NCBI GenBank assembly: GCA_002104945.1
Contig: MCFH01000020.1
Span: forward strand, 558,001-622,000
From: Piromyces finnis finn
Taxonomy: Eukaryota; Fungi; Neocallimastigomycota
Length of the DNA: 64,000 nt
Reading direction: 5' to 3'
Shown here piece after piece: positions 37,552 to 52,126 of this stretch. The notes beneath the pieces are model-generated. The model had not been told where the DNA came from and ran no database searches. It saw nothing but the letters and a program-made list of their open reading frames with translations. The position numbers and the translations under genes are program-made. The stretch's first letter is position 1; every line of letters starts with the position of its first letter.

Positions 37552-40500
37552 TTAGCAATCAGTTTTTTCTTCTTGATTTTCATTTGTTGATTTTTGATTT
37601 TTTGCTTTAAATTTTAATTTTGTTAAAAGGAAGGATAATACAAATATAATGACAGCTGGCGGAACAAATGTAGCTAGGTATGAAAAGTTGACAGCTTTAA
37701 CATAATGATGTGGTCCATCCTTTAAGATTTTAAGATCATTTACAGATACTTTATATGCAAATTAATAAATATATATTAGATTTTCATAAATATAATTTCA
37801 TTTTTACTTCTATTCTTAAATAATTATTTTATTATTTTTATTATAATTACCACTTTCAACATCAGGATAGGCCTTTTTATAATTGCTACTGAATTTGTTT
37901 TTAATCACCATACTATAATATATTATTTAATATTTTCATTATAATAATAAACAGTTTAGTTACTTTTTAATTCCTTATTTATATTATATATTTAAACCAT
38001 TTTTACCCAAATATTGCAACTCCAAATACACCACCAATCATACGGAAAAAGAGTGTAACAGCAGTAGATATGGCATTTACTGTATATATTATTATGAGAT
38101 TTATATTAATTATTTTTTTTTAAAAAAATTAATATATATGTATTAATTTATTATATATTATTTACATGATGAAGGTGCTGATGTTTGTGCAATAACTAGT
38201 GAAAATTGAAGAGGAATGGAAACACACAAACCGTAGTATAAATAAATTATTGCTTCCACATAAAACTTAGTATTTTCACCAATAAATGATAATAGAACAC
38301 ATCCAAATATTAAAGCAAATGCGCCTATAATAGTAAATTCTTTTATATGACCATATTTTTCTACTAACCAACCGCATCCAACACTGCCTATTGCTATAGT
38401 AACACTATATTATATATTAATATTATTATTTATTATTTTAATTATTAAGATTAGTATAATTATTATTAATTTTTAAATTATTTACAATGTTGGTGCAATT
38501 CTTAAACCAGACATTATTGCAGAAAAACCACGTCCATTTTCTAGTAAAATTAATTAAATATATATTATATATATTATTATATATTTCATCATTAATACTT
38601 ATTTTATAAATATATATTATTAATAAAATATTAAAAAGGAAAAAGAAAATAAGATTTACATACGATACAACATTGAAAATGTATTATTAAAAGTAATGAA
38701 AATTAATCCAGACATAAAGGATAATACTGGACATATTCTTAAATTATTAATTTTAAATAAACGGAATGGTATAATAGGTTCTCTTGCAAATTTATACTCA
38801 ACAATAAGAAAACATATTAGTAAGATAATGAATGCACAAATTAAACTTAAAATAACTGTTGAGGTCCATTTATATGTTGTTCCTATTTTTTTTTAATATA
38901 ATATATATAATAGATATATTATTAATATTTAATATATTATAGTAATTATAATTATTATTCTATTTATAGTATAAAATTACCTCCCCAATTTAAACTAAGC
39001 AATAAGCAAACAACAGATACTGAAAAAGTATTATAAATAAAATGATAATAAAAAATGATTTAATTTTCTTTTTTAACTATTCATTTTTTTATACAATAAA
39101 ATAATAATTTATTTACATATTAAAAAGAATGTTCCTACGAAATCAATTCTTTTAAATTTTTCTTTAAATGTTCCTGGTGGAATTGGAATCTTGACAAAAA
39201 GACCAATGCATGTCATTGCAAGAATACAAAATGGTACGTTTATATAAAATGCCCATCTCCATCTACAATATTTTTTTTATTTAATTGGAAGTAATATTTA
39301 TTAAATAAATTTTTCTTTAAATCTTATAGTATTTTAAAATTAAATAATTATTTAATTATTTTTTAGAAATATATTAATTATATTATAATAAAATATTTTA
39401 CATACGATAAAATGTCATTAAAAAGACCACCAACTAATGGTCCAATACCTAAAGCTAATGAGAATATTGAGTTTAATAAACCCAAATAGGTACCTCTTTG
39501 CTTTATTGATACTATATCTGAACAAATAATGTTTGACATTGAAATGATTGAACCACCACCTATGCCTTGAAAAGCTCTAGCGATAACTATCATTTCAAAA
39601 CTTTTAGATGCTTAAAATATTAAATATATATTAATTTCTGTCTTATTATTATTATTGTTGTTGTTGTTGTTGTTGTATTATATATATTAATAGATAATCA
39701 ATAAATATTTTAATAATGTAAATTTACCACCACATATGAAAGAGGCAACTAAAAATATTCCTAATACCATAAGCATAACTGGGCCTCTACCAAAAATATC
39801 TGCAACTATTATATTTTTATAATTTTTATTATTTTAGAATTAATTATATATATTCTATATTCTATATTAAAAAAATAATAAAATTTACGTTTTCCACAGG
39901 CTTATAAATATTAACATATAATATATTATTATAGTCATAATTGTGATTGTAATTATAATTAATATAAATAATAATAGTTAGAATTATATTTTTTTTTTTT
40001 TAATTTAAAGGTTGTTTATAGAAATATTTACTAGGTGCCATTGAGGTATTCCCTAATAAATAAGCAAGAATAACCCATGTATAATTATCTTGTGAATGGA
40101 ATTCTGTTGATATTGAGGGTAATGACGTTGCAACAATTGTTATATCTAAACTGGCCAAGGATAATGAAATTACTATTTTTTATAAAATTTAATTATTAAT
40201 TTAAAATGGTTTTGTTTATTTTTTTTTATTATTTATTATTTTAATATATATTGGAATTGTTATTTTAATTTATTTACATAGAGAAAGTATAACAAGTATA
40301 AATTGTTTCTATAAATGAAAAGAAATTTTAAATTTAAATTTCATTAAGTTCAACATGAATAATTATATTAATTTCAAAATTTAATAATTTTACCTTTGGA
40401 AGTTTATGTTTAACAAAATTTGGATCTAATAAAACCTTCTTTTTATCTGATTCTGATTCGTGTTTATTATCTTTAATATCAATAGATAATGTATTTTGTG

Positions 40501-40567
40501 AATTTCCTGCACTGGTAATATCCGCATCTTCAATTATTTCGCCTTTTGAAATATTTTTTTCTTCCAT
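37552..40567 (-). CDS. MFS DHA2 transporter paralog 3, intron-rich
   Basis: Exons give MEEKNISKGE..., LASLDITIVATSLP, WVILAYLL, a micro-exon xCGK, ADIFGRGP, ARAFQGIGGG, GPLVGGLFND, WRWAFYIN and KRIDFVG, and end ...NENQEEKTDC* at 37552. Confidence 0.88.
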
Positions 40568-41119
40568 AATTATTAATTTTTTAAATTTTAAAATAAACTA
40601 TGAAGAGAAATAGAAATTTAATTTTATAAATTATTTTATTTATTTATTTTTAATTAAAGTAGATTTTATAATATAATGTTTTTTTTTTTTTTTAATTATA
40701 ATTTAAAGTTTTCTCTAATGAATTTCTATCAATTATAATCCCTTTTTTTTTTATAGAATTAAAATGAAATTTCATATTTAAACATTTTTAAAAAAATATT
40801 TTAATATTAAAAAAAAAAAAAAAAAAAAAACATCCAATAACTTTATGATTTATAATTAATAATTCAAAATGTGGAATTTTAAAAATAATTATTTTTCCAA
40901 TATTATTAAAAAGACTTTTGTAATTTAATATAATTAATGGATTTATATCCGAAAAAAAAATATTAATTTTAAATAATTAATCCGTCAATTATTTGGTAAA
41001 GAAATCTATATTTTTATTTTATTTTATTTTATTTTTTTTTTTGAAAAGTATTTAATACTTTTATTAATGTTAAGACTGCAATTATAAAATGTTAAACAAT
41101 TAAATATTTATAATTATTA

Positions 41120-42030
41120 TCAACCAATTTCTTCTTTTGGATTTTCGTTTGCTAGTTTTTGTTTTTTTGCTTTAAATTTTAATTTTGTTAAAACAAATAT
41201 AACTATGTATGAAAAATCGATACCTTTAACATTGTGTTGTAGTCCATCCTTTATATGTATACTAATAAATATATATTAGATTTTCCTACATATATAATAC
41301 TATTTTTAAATAAATTCTTAAATAATTATTTTATAATTTATATTATAATTATAATTACCACTTTCAACATCAAGATAGGCCTTCTTATAATTACTGCTGA
41401 ATCTCTTTTAACTACCATAACTATTATTTTATTTATTTATTTATTTATATTATTTAATTTAATATTATCATTAAAATGATATATAGACTTGTTAATCACT
41501 TTTTACTTCATTATTTATGATATTAATATATTTTAACTATCTTTACCCAATCATACAGAAAAAGAATATTTATTATTCATATTATGCTACTGTAGCTGAT
41601 GCTTGTGCAATAACTAATGAAAATAAAAAGGAATAGTGAAAATAATCATAAAATAAATAAATTAATATTTCCACATAATATTTAATATTTTTACTGATAA
41701 ATGATAATAAAATAATAGAATACATATAAATATTAAAGCAAATAAACTTATAATGATAAATTAATATCTTATAATATTATAATTTAATTATTTTTTAGAA
41801 ATATATTAATTATATATATCAATATTAAATATCTTACATACGAAAAAATGTCATTAGAAAGACAACCAACTAATGGTCCAATATCTAAAGCTAATAAGAA
41901 TATTGAGTTTAATAAACCCAAATAAGTACCTCTTTGTTTTGTTGATACTATATCTGAACAAAAAATATTTGACATAAAAATTATAATAATCACTAATAAT
42001 ATCTTCAACCATTCCACCATTTAAAGTATT
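41120..42030 (-). pseudogene. Internally deleted, degenerate copy of MFS paralog 3
   Basis: 41830-42020 matches 39410-39590 (SDIVSTKQRGTYLGLLNSIF); 41580-41710 matches 38165-38330; 41345-41400 matches 37845-37900; 41120-41260 matches 37580-37730. The segments are collinear, but intervening exons are missing and frames are broken. Confidence 0.85.
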
Positions 42031-42125
42031 ATTTTCCTTCATAATTAATATAATTAACAAATTTATTTATTTTTGTTAATTTCAAAAAGTTTTTACATTA
42101 TTTTAAATGTAAACTTAAATAAATT

Positions 42126-42437
<312 letters not shown>

Positions 42438-42761
42438 TTATTATTTAAAAATTTTTAAATGGATTTCTATTATTTTAAATTAATTTTAAATACATTTACA
42501 TTTTTATATTTATTAATAATACATTTTTTATTATAAAAATTCAAAATGCGGAATTTAAAATTTTTTATTTTCAATAATAATAATAAAATTTAATATATTT
42601 AATGGATTTAAATCCGAAAATTTATTTTTTAAAAAAAAACATATATTATTTATTTATATAATTATATACAATAACTATAAATAACTATATTTAATGTAGT
42701 AATGTTATCATTTAATATTTCACCATATTACATGTATATATAAACATTTAATAATTCTAAT

Positions 42762-44597
42762 CTAATATAAAAGTGATAAAATAATAATAAATAAAAGCGT
42801 TATATTAATAATAAATGAAATTTTTGGATCTAGTTTAATAGCTCCACTTTGATTATCATTATCCAATAATGGATCTGATAATGTAGTATTTTCTGATGGG
42901 GATGTAGGAAATTCTGAATTTGTTGGTGTTGAAGTTTCAACTTCAAAATAAAAATTTGTTTCTGTCGCTGTGATAATTATAGTTGTAACTAATTCTGTTT
43001 GTATTTCTACTGGTAATGGTTCTGGTTTTTTAAATAATTTTTTAAGTTTTAAATTATCATTATTAATGGCAAAAGCATTATCTCCATAATATTCAATAAG
43101 TTCATCTCTATTATTAAAATTAGCGTCTGAATTTTTATCTTGAATATAAGATATTACTCCTAGAAATTTAATTAATAATTTTTTTAATTTTTATTATTTA
43201 AATTTTAATTTAATTTTTAAGCAAAAATATATAATAGAAAATATTATGGCATTAAAAATTATATATATATTAATTTACCCTTTATGGCGGATATATCTTT
43301 AAATGTACAATCTTTGAAGCTGACAATATTACTGGTATAATTACTAAATGAAAGTAAGATACCACCATATTTTTGAGCTCCACAATTTTCTATAGAAACA
43401 TTATCAAACAGTATTTTATTAGTTGGGGGTTGATCTACTGTTAAAACTTGCATTATTGTTCCATATTCATTATAAATAGAATTGATACGTGAATTTCTTA
43501 TCTGGACATTTCCTATTCTATATGGCTTTGCATCAGTACAACTAATAACACCATTAATAAATCGACTACCTTTAATATCTGTATTATCTATGTAAACATT
43601 AGAATTGATACCATAATTAAGCAATGAATCTAATTAAATATAAATTGATAATTAACATTAAGAATTTCTTATAAGATTAAAATTAATAATTATTATATTA
43701 TTTTACTCATTTCAACAAATCCAATAAATGAGTTTGTTATATATAAGTCACATGCTTCACCAACTTCAAACATTACAGCTTTTCTATCGTATATAATTTC
43801 ATTTTGATCATTGATACAACCGTTATCATTATCTGCACATCCATTATAATTATAAACTTTTAAATTATCAAAATTTACATTTCCTCTTTTAACATTAATT
43901 AAGGGTGAACCATGTGCACTACTTGTATTTTCAACTGTTAAATCCTTTACATTAAGGTGTACTATACAAAAATATTTTAATAATAATAGTTATATATTAT
44001 TAATAATTATCTTTTTTAATCTTTTATTTTTCGATATAATAATTTTTAAAATTTTATTTTTATGAAACTCACAAATTTCTGATTCAATTAACGTATCAAT
44101 AGTTGAATCCGAAACTGATACTCGATCTATAGATATATTACTTTCATCACACGAATCATCAATTTTAATCAAAGTGCTATTAGTTGAAAAATCTTTAACA
44201 ATTATATCTTTCATTGTTATTTGAACCTGATTATATATCATAACACTAATAAAATATATGAATAATGAGAAAATAGTATACAATAAGTATTATTCAAATT
44301 ATAGAAATTATCTAACGATAAAAAAAATATAATTTATAGATATACCTAGGTTTCTATTTATATAGTTTTAATTAATATTATTATAATAAAAATATTAATA
44401 TCATTAAATTTATTTCTAATTTTTAATTTTATTATATATAAGATTTTGAAATTATTATTACTGTATCATTATTCCATCGTAGGTCACCACCTCCTGTTAT
44501 ATATATATTATTTAATTTCATCTTGATATTTTCACCACCAACTACAGTATTTTTATATAATTTGATATTTTTAATAAATATTATTTAAATTTTTTGT

Positions 44598-44632
<35 letters not shown>

Positions 44633-46041
44633 TTATTTTATTTTATTCTTACCACTGATATCCTTTCCTGATCCATAACTAAAATTTGTATCAAAGGTAA
44701 TATTATTGAAATTAAATGTTGATTCCTCGGCAAAATTATTTATATATATAGCACCACCTATATATATATATATTGTTTTTTATTAAAAAATATTATTTTA
44801 AAATTGTTAATACTATTATTAAAATTATTTCAACCTTTTTTTTTTAACAAAAAAAAAAAGTAATTAATTTACCATCTCTATTAACAGCATTATTTAAAAA
44901 TTGAGAATCATATATATCCATGTTTAAGGTTCCATTAACATAAATTCCTCCCCCATATAATGCTCCAGGAAATTCATATTTTGATTGTTTATTTAAAGTC
45001 ATATCATGATCTTGAAATATAGTATTTTTAATTGTACACTTATTTATTGAAGATATATATATTCCACCAGCAGCATTTCTAAATTCACTATTTTGAATTA
45101 TTAGACTTTGTCCATTCTCAACAAATATATTATAATTCTTACATTCTCCATCACAACCATAGAGTTTTGAACTTTTAATATACAATAGAGATTCAGATTC
45201 AATATTTACAATACCTTTATTTAAATCGCTAAACAAATAATTTTTCTCTGGATCATCATAAGATATATGATGAATATATATATTTTCAAATATTACTTCA
45301 CTTTTCTTATTAATATTAAACGCCGCTGTTTTTTTTTTTTTTGGTAAAAAGAAGTAGGATAAATAAATATATGGAAAAATAGGAAGTATTACATATTATA
45401 TATTCTAATTATTTATGATATATATTTATTTGTATTTTAATATGACAATTAATATATAAAATATTTACGTATTTTCATATTATAGATCTCACAATTTTTA
45501 AAAGTGACATTTTTACTATTATTTATCTGATAATAAAAATGATTTTACAATTAATTTATGAAATGGTCAATTAAATTGTTGTCACTTTATAACTATAGCA
45601 CATTATTGATATTACCTTTACTGCTGATGTGTACTGAAATTTTTCTCTACAATTTCTAAACCCTAAATCTCTAAAAGAAAGGTTTCCTGTAACATTCTCT
45701 ATATTAAATATAGTAATATGATCATTTTGTGGACATTCAAAAAAAGTTTTTGTAGCGCCCGAACCTATGATTTCATAATTTCCTGATATATTAGAGATAT
45801 GATATGAATTTTCATTTGCGTTAACTAATGTATCACCAATTGGCAATGAAACATAACCCTCTCCAATTTTTATAATACAATCTTTATCGACATATGGATT
45901 TTGGTATATCAAAAGCTCATTTAGTTTGATATTAACATTTACACCATTGCATGAAATATTTACTTTTGCTTCACTTTCTCCAAACACAAAATTTGGAAAT
46001 ATTAATAATAATACAAAAAAAAATATGTCTTTCTTCTTCAT
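42762..46041 (-). CDS. Secreted pectin-lyase-fold/right-handed beta-helix repeat protein with Thr/Ser/Pro stalk and GPI-signal-like C-terminus, multi-exon
   Basis: N-terminal signal-like MKKKDIFFFVLLLIFPNFVFG; Asn/Ile-rich beta-strand repeats with AGGIYI, GALYGGGIYV, DG/GAIYI and KYGGIL motifs. The last exon reads PEPLPVEIQTELVTT...STPTNSEFPTSPSENTT...DNQSGAIKLDPKISFIINITLLFIIILSLLY*. Confidence 0.7.
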
Positions 46042-46796
46042 AATTTACTTTATTTTTTTTTTTTTTAAATAAAAAGCTATTAACTTTATTGTTGAATTTT
46101 CTTTTTTTTATTAATCAAAATTACTATATAATATATATAGATATAGATTATTAACTATATTTTTAAATATTAAATACAGAATAATAATATATCTATAAAA
46201 TAAAAACTTTAATTATAAGGTTAAAAATATGAGAAATTAAAATTTTAAATAATAATTTTTGAATTATAGTTATTAATAAAGATATATATATTTGGAAATT
46301 ACTTTTTTTTTTTTTTCTCTTAACAGTTTTGGATAAAAATAAAATCTTTTTTTCTTTTTATATTAATAATCTTTCCTATAAAATACATTATTATTTTAAA
46401 TATTGAATTTAACAATTTTTTTTTATAAAACTATGCAGTATAATAAAAAATATTTTAGTTAACATGAAATTATTAATTTTTTCTTTCTTTTAAATAGAAG
46501 ATTAATATTTATAAAATTAAATAATTATTCTTATTATTTATTATTATAATACATATACTAATAATTCAAAAAATAAAAAATTTATCATTATTTACATTAC
46601 AAGTTATATTTATATTACAAGTTATAAATTACATTGTTTAGCTTTTAATAAAATTTGAAAATAAAATAATAAATTTATAATTAAAATATATAATAATAAG
46701 TAAAAAATCTCAATATTATTAGTTTTTTTTTTTTTTTTTTTACTTTTATAATATTTTTTAAAGTGTTATTATCAAAAATTATTAATGGCTATATAA

Positions 46797-49700
46797 TTAA
46801 TGAGTATTATTATTAATATCAGTTGTACTAATACAAATTTCAACATCTTTTTTTTCTTCCATATCAACTTTATTACTTTTTAATTTATCTTCATTTTTCA
46901 TTTTATTAATTTTCTTTCTATTACCAATGACAGGAATGTTAGAAAGACAGAGAGTAAACATAAATGTTATAATAGCCGTGGCAAAAAGTACTGATTTATA
47001 TGAACTTAAAATAGCGTCAACATAAATTTCTTCACCTTTAGGAATGTCATGAATATCATTTACAGTAGCTTAAAAAATAGTATAATTAAATTTGTGAAGT
47101 CAGTAATTCTATTTATAATATATTTTATAATCTAATTTTACTTACCATTAGTTCCAGGAAACACTTTTTCATATAACACTGGAAATTTATTAGAAAGCAT
47201 TACTCTATTTTAAAATTAATTATAATAATTAAGATTAATTATAATAATTAAGATTAATTATAATTAAATTTAATAATAATTACTTCATTTTAAAATGCAT
47301 ATCGATTTATGTTAACCTACCCAACTAAAGTAATTCCCATAACACCTCCAATTAAACGGAAGAAATTAATTAAAGTAGTTCCAATAGCTAAAACTAGAAA
47401 AATAAAATTATATTTATATTGTCATAATTATCATAAAAATAATCTTAAAAATCTGCTAATAAATATATATAAATTTATAAATTTATTCTAACATTTTTTA
47501 TCAGATGATTGTTGTGTCACCAAAACACAATTTTGCATATTTAAGCCAACAGAAATACCCATTAATGATAAAACAAAGAATTCAAATATATATTTCGAAT
47601 TAATTCCAAAATAAGTTATTAAATATGATGAGATAATTAATGTGAATGAACCAATTCTCATATATCTTTCAATATAACCATATTTTCCAACTAAATATCC
47701 ACTTCCAATATTTCCAATAGATACAGTAATTCTATAAAATTCATTAATAATAGTATTAAAAAAAAAAACAAATAATAAATGAATCTTTATTATTTCTTAT
47801 TGTACTTACGAGTGAGGAACTAATCTTAATCCTGAATTTGTTGCAGAAATACCACGTCCATCCTCTATTTATCAATAATATATTATTAATAATAGAATGT
47901 ATAGAATTAATATTAGATCTAAATATAAAAGAATTTAAAAAAAAAAGTAATTACGATATAGTAAAGGTGCAGTATTTGTAAATCCAATAAAAGTAATACC
48001 AAGGAAAAAACTTATTAAACAACTAAAGGTAACATTTTTATTCTTAAATATTTGAAATGGAGTAATGGGTTCTTTGGCAACTTTCCACTCAACCATTAAA
48101 TATAAACACATACCAATTATGAATCCGACAAAAAATAAAATAATAACAGCAGATGACCATGAATATTTAGAACCTAAAGATAAAAAAAAAATAAATTGTG
48201 ATTAAAATATTTTCAAGAACATGTCAAAATATATTTAGGTATAATAATTAATTTTCAAAAAATAGCCTACCTCCCCAACTAAGACCGAGTAAAAGAGAAA
48301 CAACCGAAGCTTTTTATAATAAAAAAAAATTAAATTACTCATTTAATATTATCAAATTAAATTAAATAGTTTTATTCATAGTAATGTTATTATTTCTCTT
48401 AAAACATACAAACTAATAAGAAAGTTCCTAAGAAATCTATTCTTTTTATTTTTTCAGAAATAGAACCTGATGGAGTTGGAATATTAACATATAATGCAAT
48501 TACAATAACAGCAATAAAACCTATTGGAACATTAATATAGAAAGCCCATCTCCAACTGATATTATATATTATTTAAATTATTTTTATTATATTTCAAATT
48601 AGTTTCTAATGTATGTATTATTATTCTATCAATAACATATTTTATGTATATATAATATCTATTCTTAATTATATCGTTTACATACGATAACTGATCAGTA
48701 AATATACCACCAATTAATGGACCAATGACAGATGAAAATGCAAAAACGGCACCGGATATACCCATATACATTCCTCTATAATAATATAAATGTTTGTTAT
48801 TTATAATTTTCATAATTTACTAATAATTTAGAGTATTTTCTTTATTTCAAATTAGTATTACCTTTTTCTTAAAGGTACAATATCAGAAATAATAATATTT
48901 GTCATTGCCATAATACCTCCTCCACCAATACCTTGTAATCCTCTAAATATAATAAGCATATCAATATTTGTAGCAGCTATATGAAAGTATATATAATAAA
49001 AAAAATAGTTAAACAATTTTTTTTTCCTCATCATTTCAAGTTGTTTGTCAATTTTTCTTTACCACCACATATCGCGGAAGTTCCTACAAAAATAATTAAT
49101 ACAACAATCATAATTGGTCTTCTACCAAAAATATCAGCAACTATAATTAAATATATCAATATAATTTTAATAAGGCAACTTCAAAAACTGTAGATCAAAT
49201 TAATTAGTCTCTAATTTAAAACTTACATTTTCCAAACACTACAATTATTATAATTAAATTATGATAAATAATTAATAATATAAATATAAATTAAAATTAA
49301 TTATACAAAATAATAATTAATATTTACTTGGTTGGAAAGATGTTTTTGATAACATATATGATGTTATAACCCATGTATAATCATCTTTAGAATTAAATTG
49401 ACTACTAATAGTAGGTAGAGCAGTTGCAACAATTGAAATATCCAAACTAGATATAATTAATGAAATAACTAAAAAATATTTTAATTAATAAAGAAAAGTA
49501 GATTAGAATTGAAATTAAAAAAAAAAATTTTTTTTTCTTTCTTTTTGTAAGCTAATTATATATATATATTACTCAATGCAACAATAACAAGAAAGAATTT
49601 GGTCTTTTTTTATAAAATATAAAAAAATAAAATATTAACAAATTTATTTTTTACTAATATTAAAGTTTTTTATTAAAAAAAAATTTTTTTTTTAATTATT

Positions 49701-49823
49701 TACCTGTGACAATTGTACGTTTACAGAGTCAAGACTATTCGTTTTATTAAATTCATTTTTATTATTTTCTTTATTTTCACAACTAGGACTATCGTTTACA
49801 GGACAATTTGAATTTTCTTCCAT
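46797..49823 (-). CDS. MFS DHA2 transporter paralog 4, intron-rich
   Basis: Exons give MEENSNCP..., [21 protein letters not shown], a micro-exon x[41 protein letters not shown] and [12 protein letters not shown], and end ...DINNNTH*. Confidence 0.88.
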
Positions 49824-52126
49824 TTTTTTTTTGAAATGATATTAACTTTTTATAAAGTAACAATAATTATTAAATAATAATACTCTCATTAATTATTAAA
49901 TAGTTATATTTTCAATTATCCATTTATTTTAATATAAAAATTATTAATAGAAATGAGCTTATTTTATAATAAATTAACATGTTGTAAGATTAACCATATT
50001 TTATTTTTAGATGATTATATAATTCACTATTTTTAATTTATGTAATCTTTTGTATATTGAATACTGATAGGAATTATTTCCACTTTTTTTTTTTTATTTA
50101 TTTATCACTAAAAAGTATATAATTTTATCACAATGATGAATTTAAGTTTTTTTATTAACTAAAAAAAAAAAATAGAAATTATAATTTCAAAACCACATTT
50201 TTTTAATTTAATTTTTTTTTCAAAGTAGAAAATAAAGGAATGCAAGCATTTTTTTTTATATAATTTTATATAATGTATTTTTTTTTTTTAAAAAAAAAAC
50301 GAAACGAATAATATTATAATCTTGAAATTGATTTTTGAAAATTTCAAAATTTTGATATTTAATAACTATATTGGATTTCATTCTTTGTTCTGTTATACAA
50401 TAAGCATTAAAATTCTGATTAGATAAATGGTTTAGTTCTTGTTAATAAACTATTATCAAGAACTAAAAAAGTAACCTATAATTAAGATAAAAATGTATTT
50501 TATTACAACTATTTAAAAAATTATCAAAATTCAATATTTAATTTTGCTATTAATTAAAGTTTTTTTTTTTAATATATTCAAATAAAAAAAAAAAAAAAAA
50601 AAAATTTGGTAAATTAATATATTAATTTATTTTTAATTTATTTTATTTGGTTATTGGAACTTTATATTTTAAATAAAAAAAAAAAGGAATTAAATTATCT
50701 AAAAATTTTTTAATATTATGTATATTATTTTTTGCCTATCCAAATTGTTGTTTCTCACTATCTGAAAGGTCAAAAGTACTTAATAATTTTATTTCTTTAT
50801 AAATATTTTTTTTTTATATATTTAGTTAGTAAAAAGTTTTCCCGATATAATAGTCTTTACAACCTAAATTTTTTCATCTTTCAAATAAACTTGGTGATTA
50901 ATAATAACAACAATTGTAAAATCCAAAGATAAAAAAACTTTATGTTATTATATATATATATATATATATTTATGAAGAATAGTTAAATGCACAATAAAAA
51001 TATATTATCAATACTGAAATGCTTGGATTTTACTTTTATGAAATTTAATTTCATTTTTTTTAAGCTTTCATTATTTATTTACGTTTTAATATTAAACAAT
51101 GTATATTCATATAAAAAAAAAAAATAATAATAATATTTATAGTTGAATTATCATCTATTTTTTAAAAAAACAAAAATAAATAAAATAATATTAGAAATAC
51201 TAGTTTTTATAGATTTTAATGAAACAACTTGACAAAATCTATAAAAAAAAAATAAAGTATTTGTCATGTTATTTTATTTTTATATAAATATATAATATTT
51301 AAAAATTATATAATTTGAATGTATCTATTTATTCTATAATAATATAATCGATAGATTTGTTGAATGATTATCATTGTTTGGTTGATTCATTATAATATAA
51401 ATTTTAAGTAAACTTTTAATAATTATAGTTTTTATCATAAAGAATGAGCATTAAAAAAAACTACTTAAGAATTTATATTTATATAGAAAAGCTAATAGAA
51501 AAATTATAATGATTTTTTATTAGAATCAAAAAAAAAAAAAAAAAAGTAAATTAATATATAGTATATATAATATACTATCTAAGGCATTAAGGCATTATAA
51601 TTCACAAAAATACTTTCTCTTTGAAATTTAAAAATAAAATAAAAAGTATTTAACCATTAAAAATATAAAAAATTTCTTACTCTATTTAATTGTTATATTT
51701 TTTTTTTTTTTTAATTTACTTGATTTGCTTTTTTTTTTATTTATTTTTATATATTTTTTTTATTAATGAAAAAAAAAAAAAAAAATACATAAAAAGAAAA
51801 TATACTTAATAATAAAATGGTAATATAATAAATTAAATAAAATAAAATTAATATTCTAATATAATAAAATCAATTAGATAAATAAAAAAAAAAAAAAAAC
51901 TAGTAATTTTATATATATTATTATAAATGAAAATATTACTATTTTTTCTTTTTCTATTTTTTCATTTAAAACTATTTAACCCGCCTAATATGATATAAAA
52001 TAAATTATGTTATTTCTTTTACATTTAATAAATATTTTTTTTAAAAAATAAATTATATCTATAATTTTTAATTATATTTAATTTCTATTTTAATTATTTT
52101 TTGTTTGTTTGTTTGTTTTTCTTTTT

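Noticed and set aside
47214-47270. 19-nt tandem repeat in an intron of MFS paralog 4
   Set aside because: Two and a half copies of an almost pure A/T unit, as expected from slippage.
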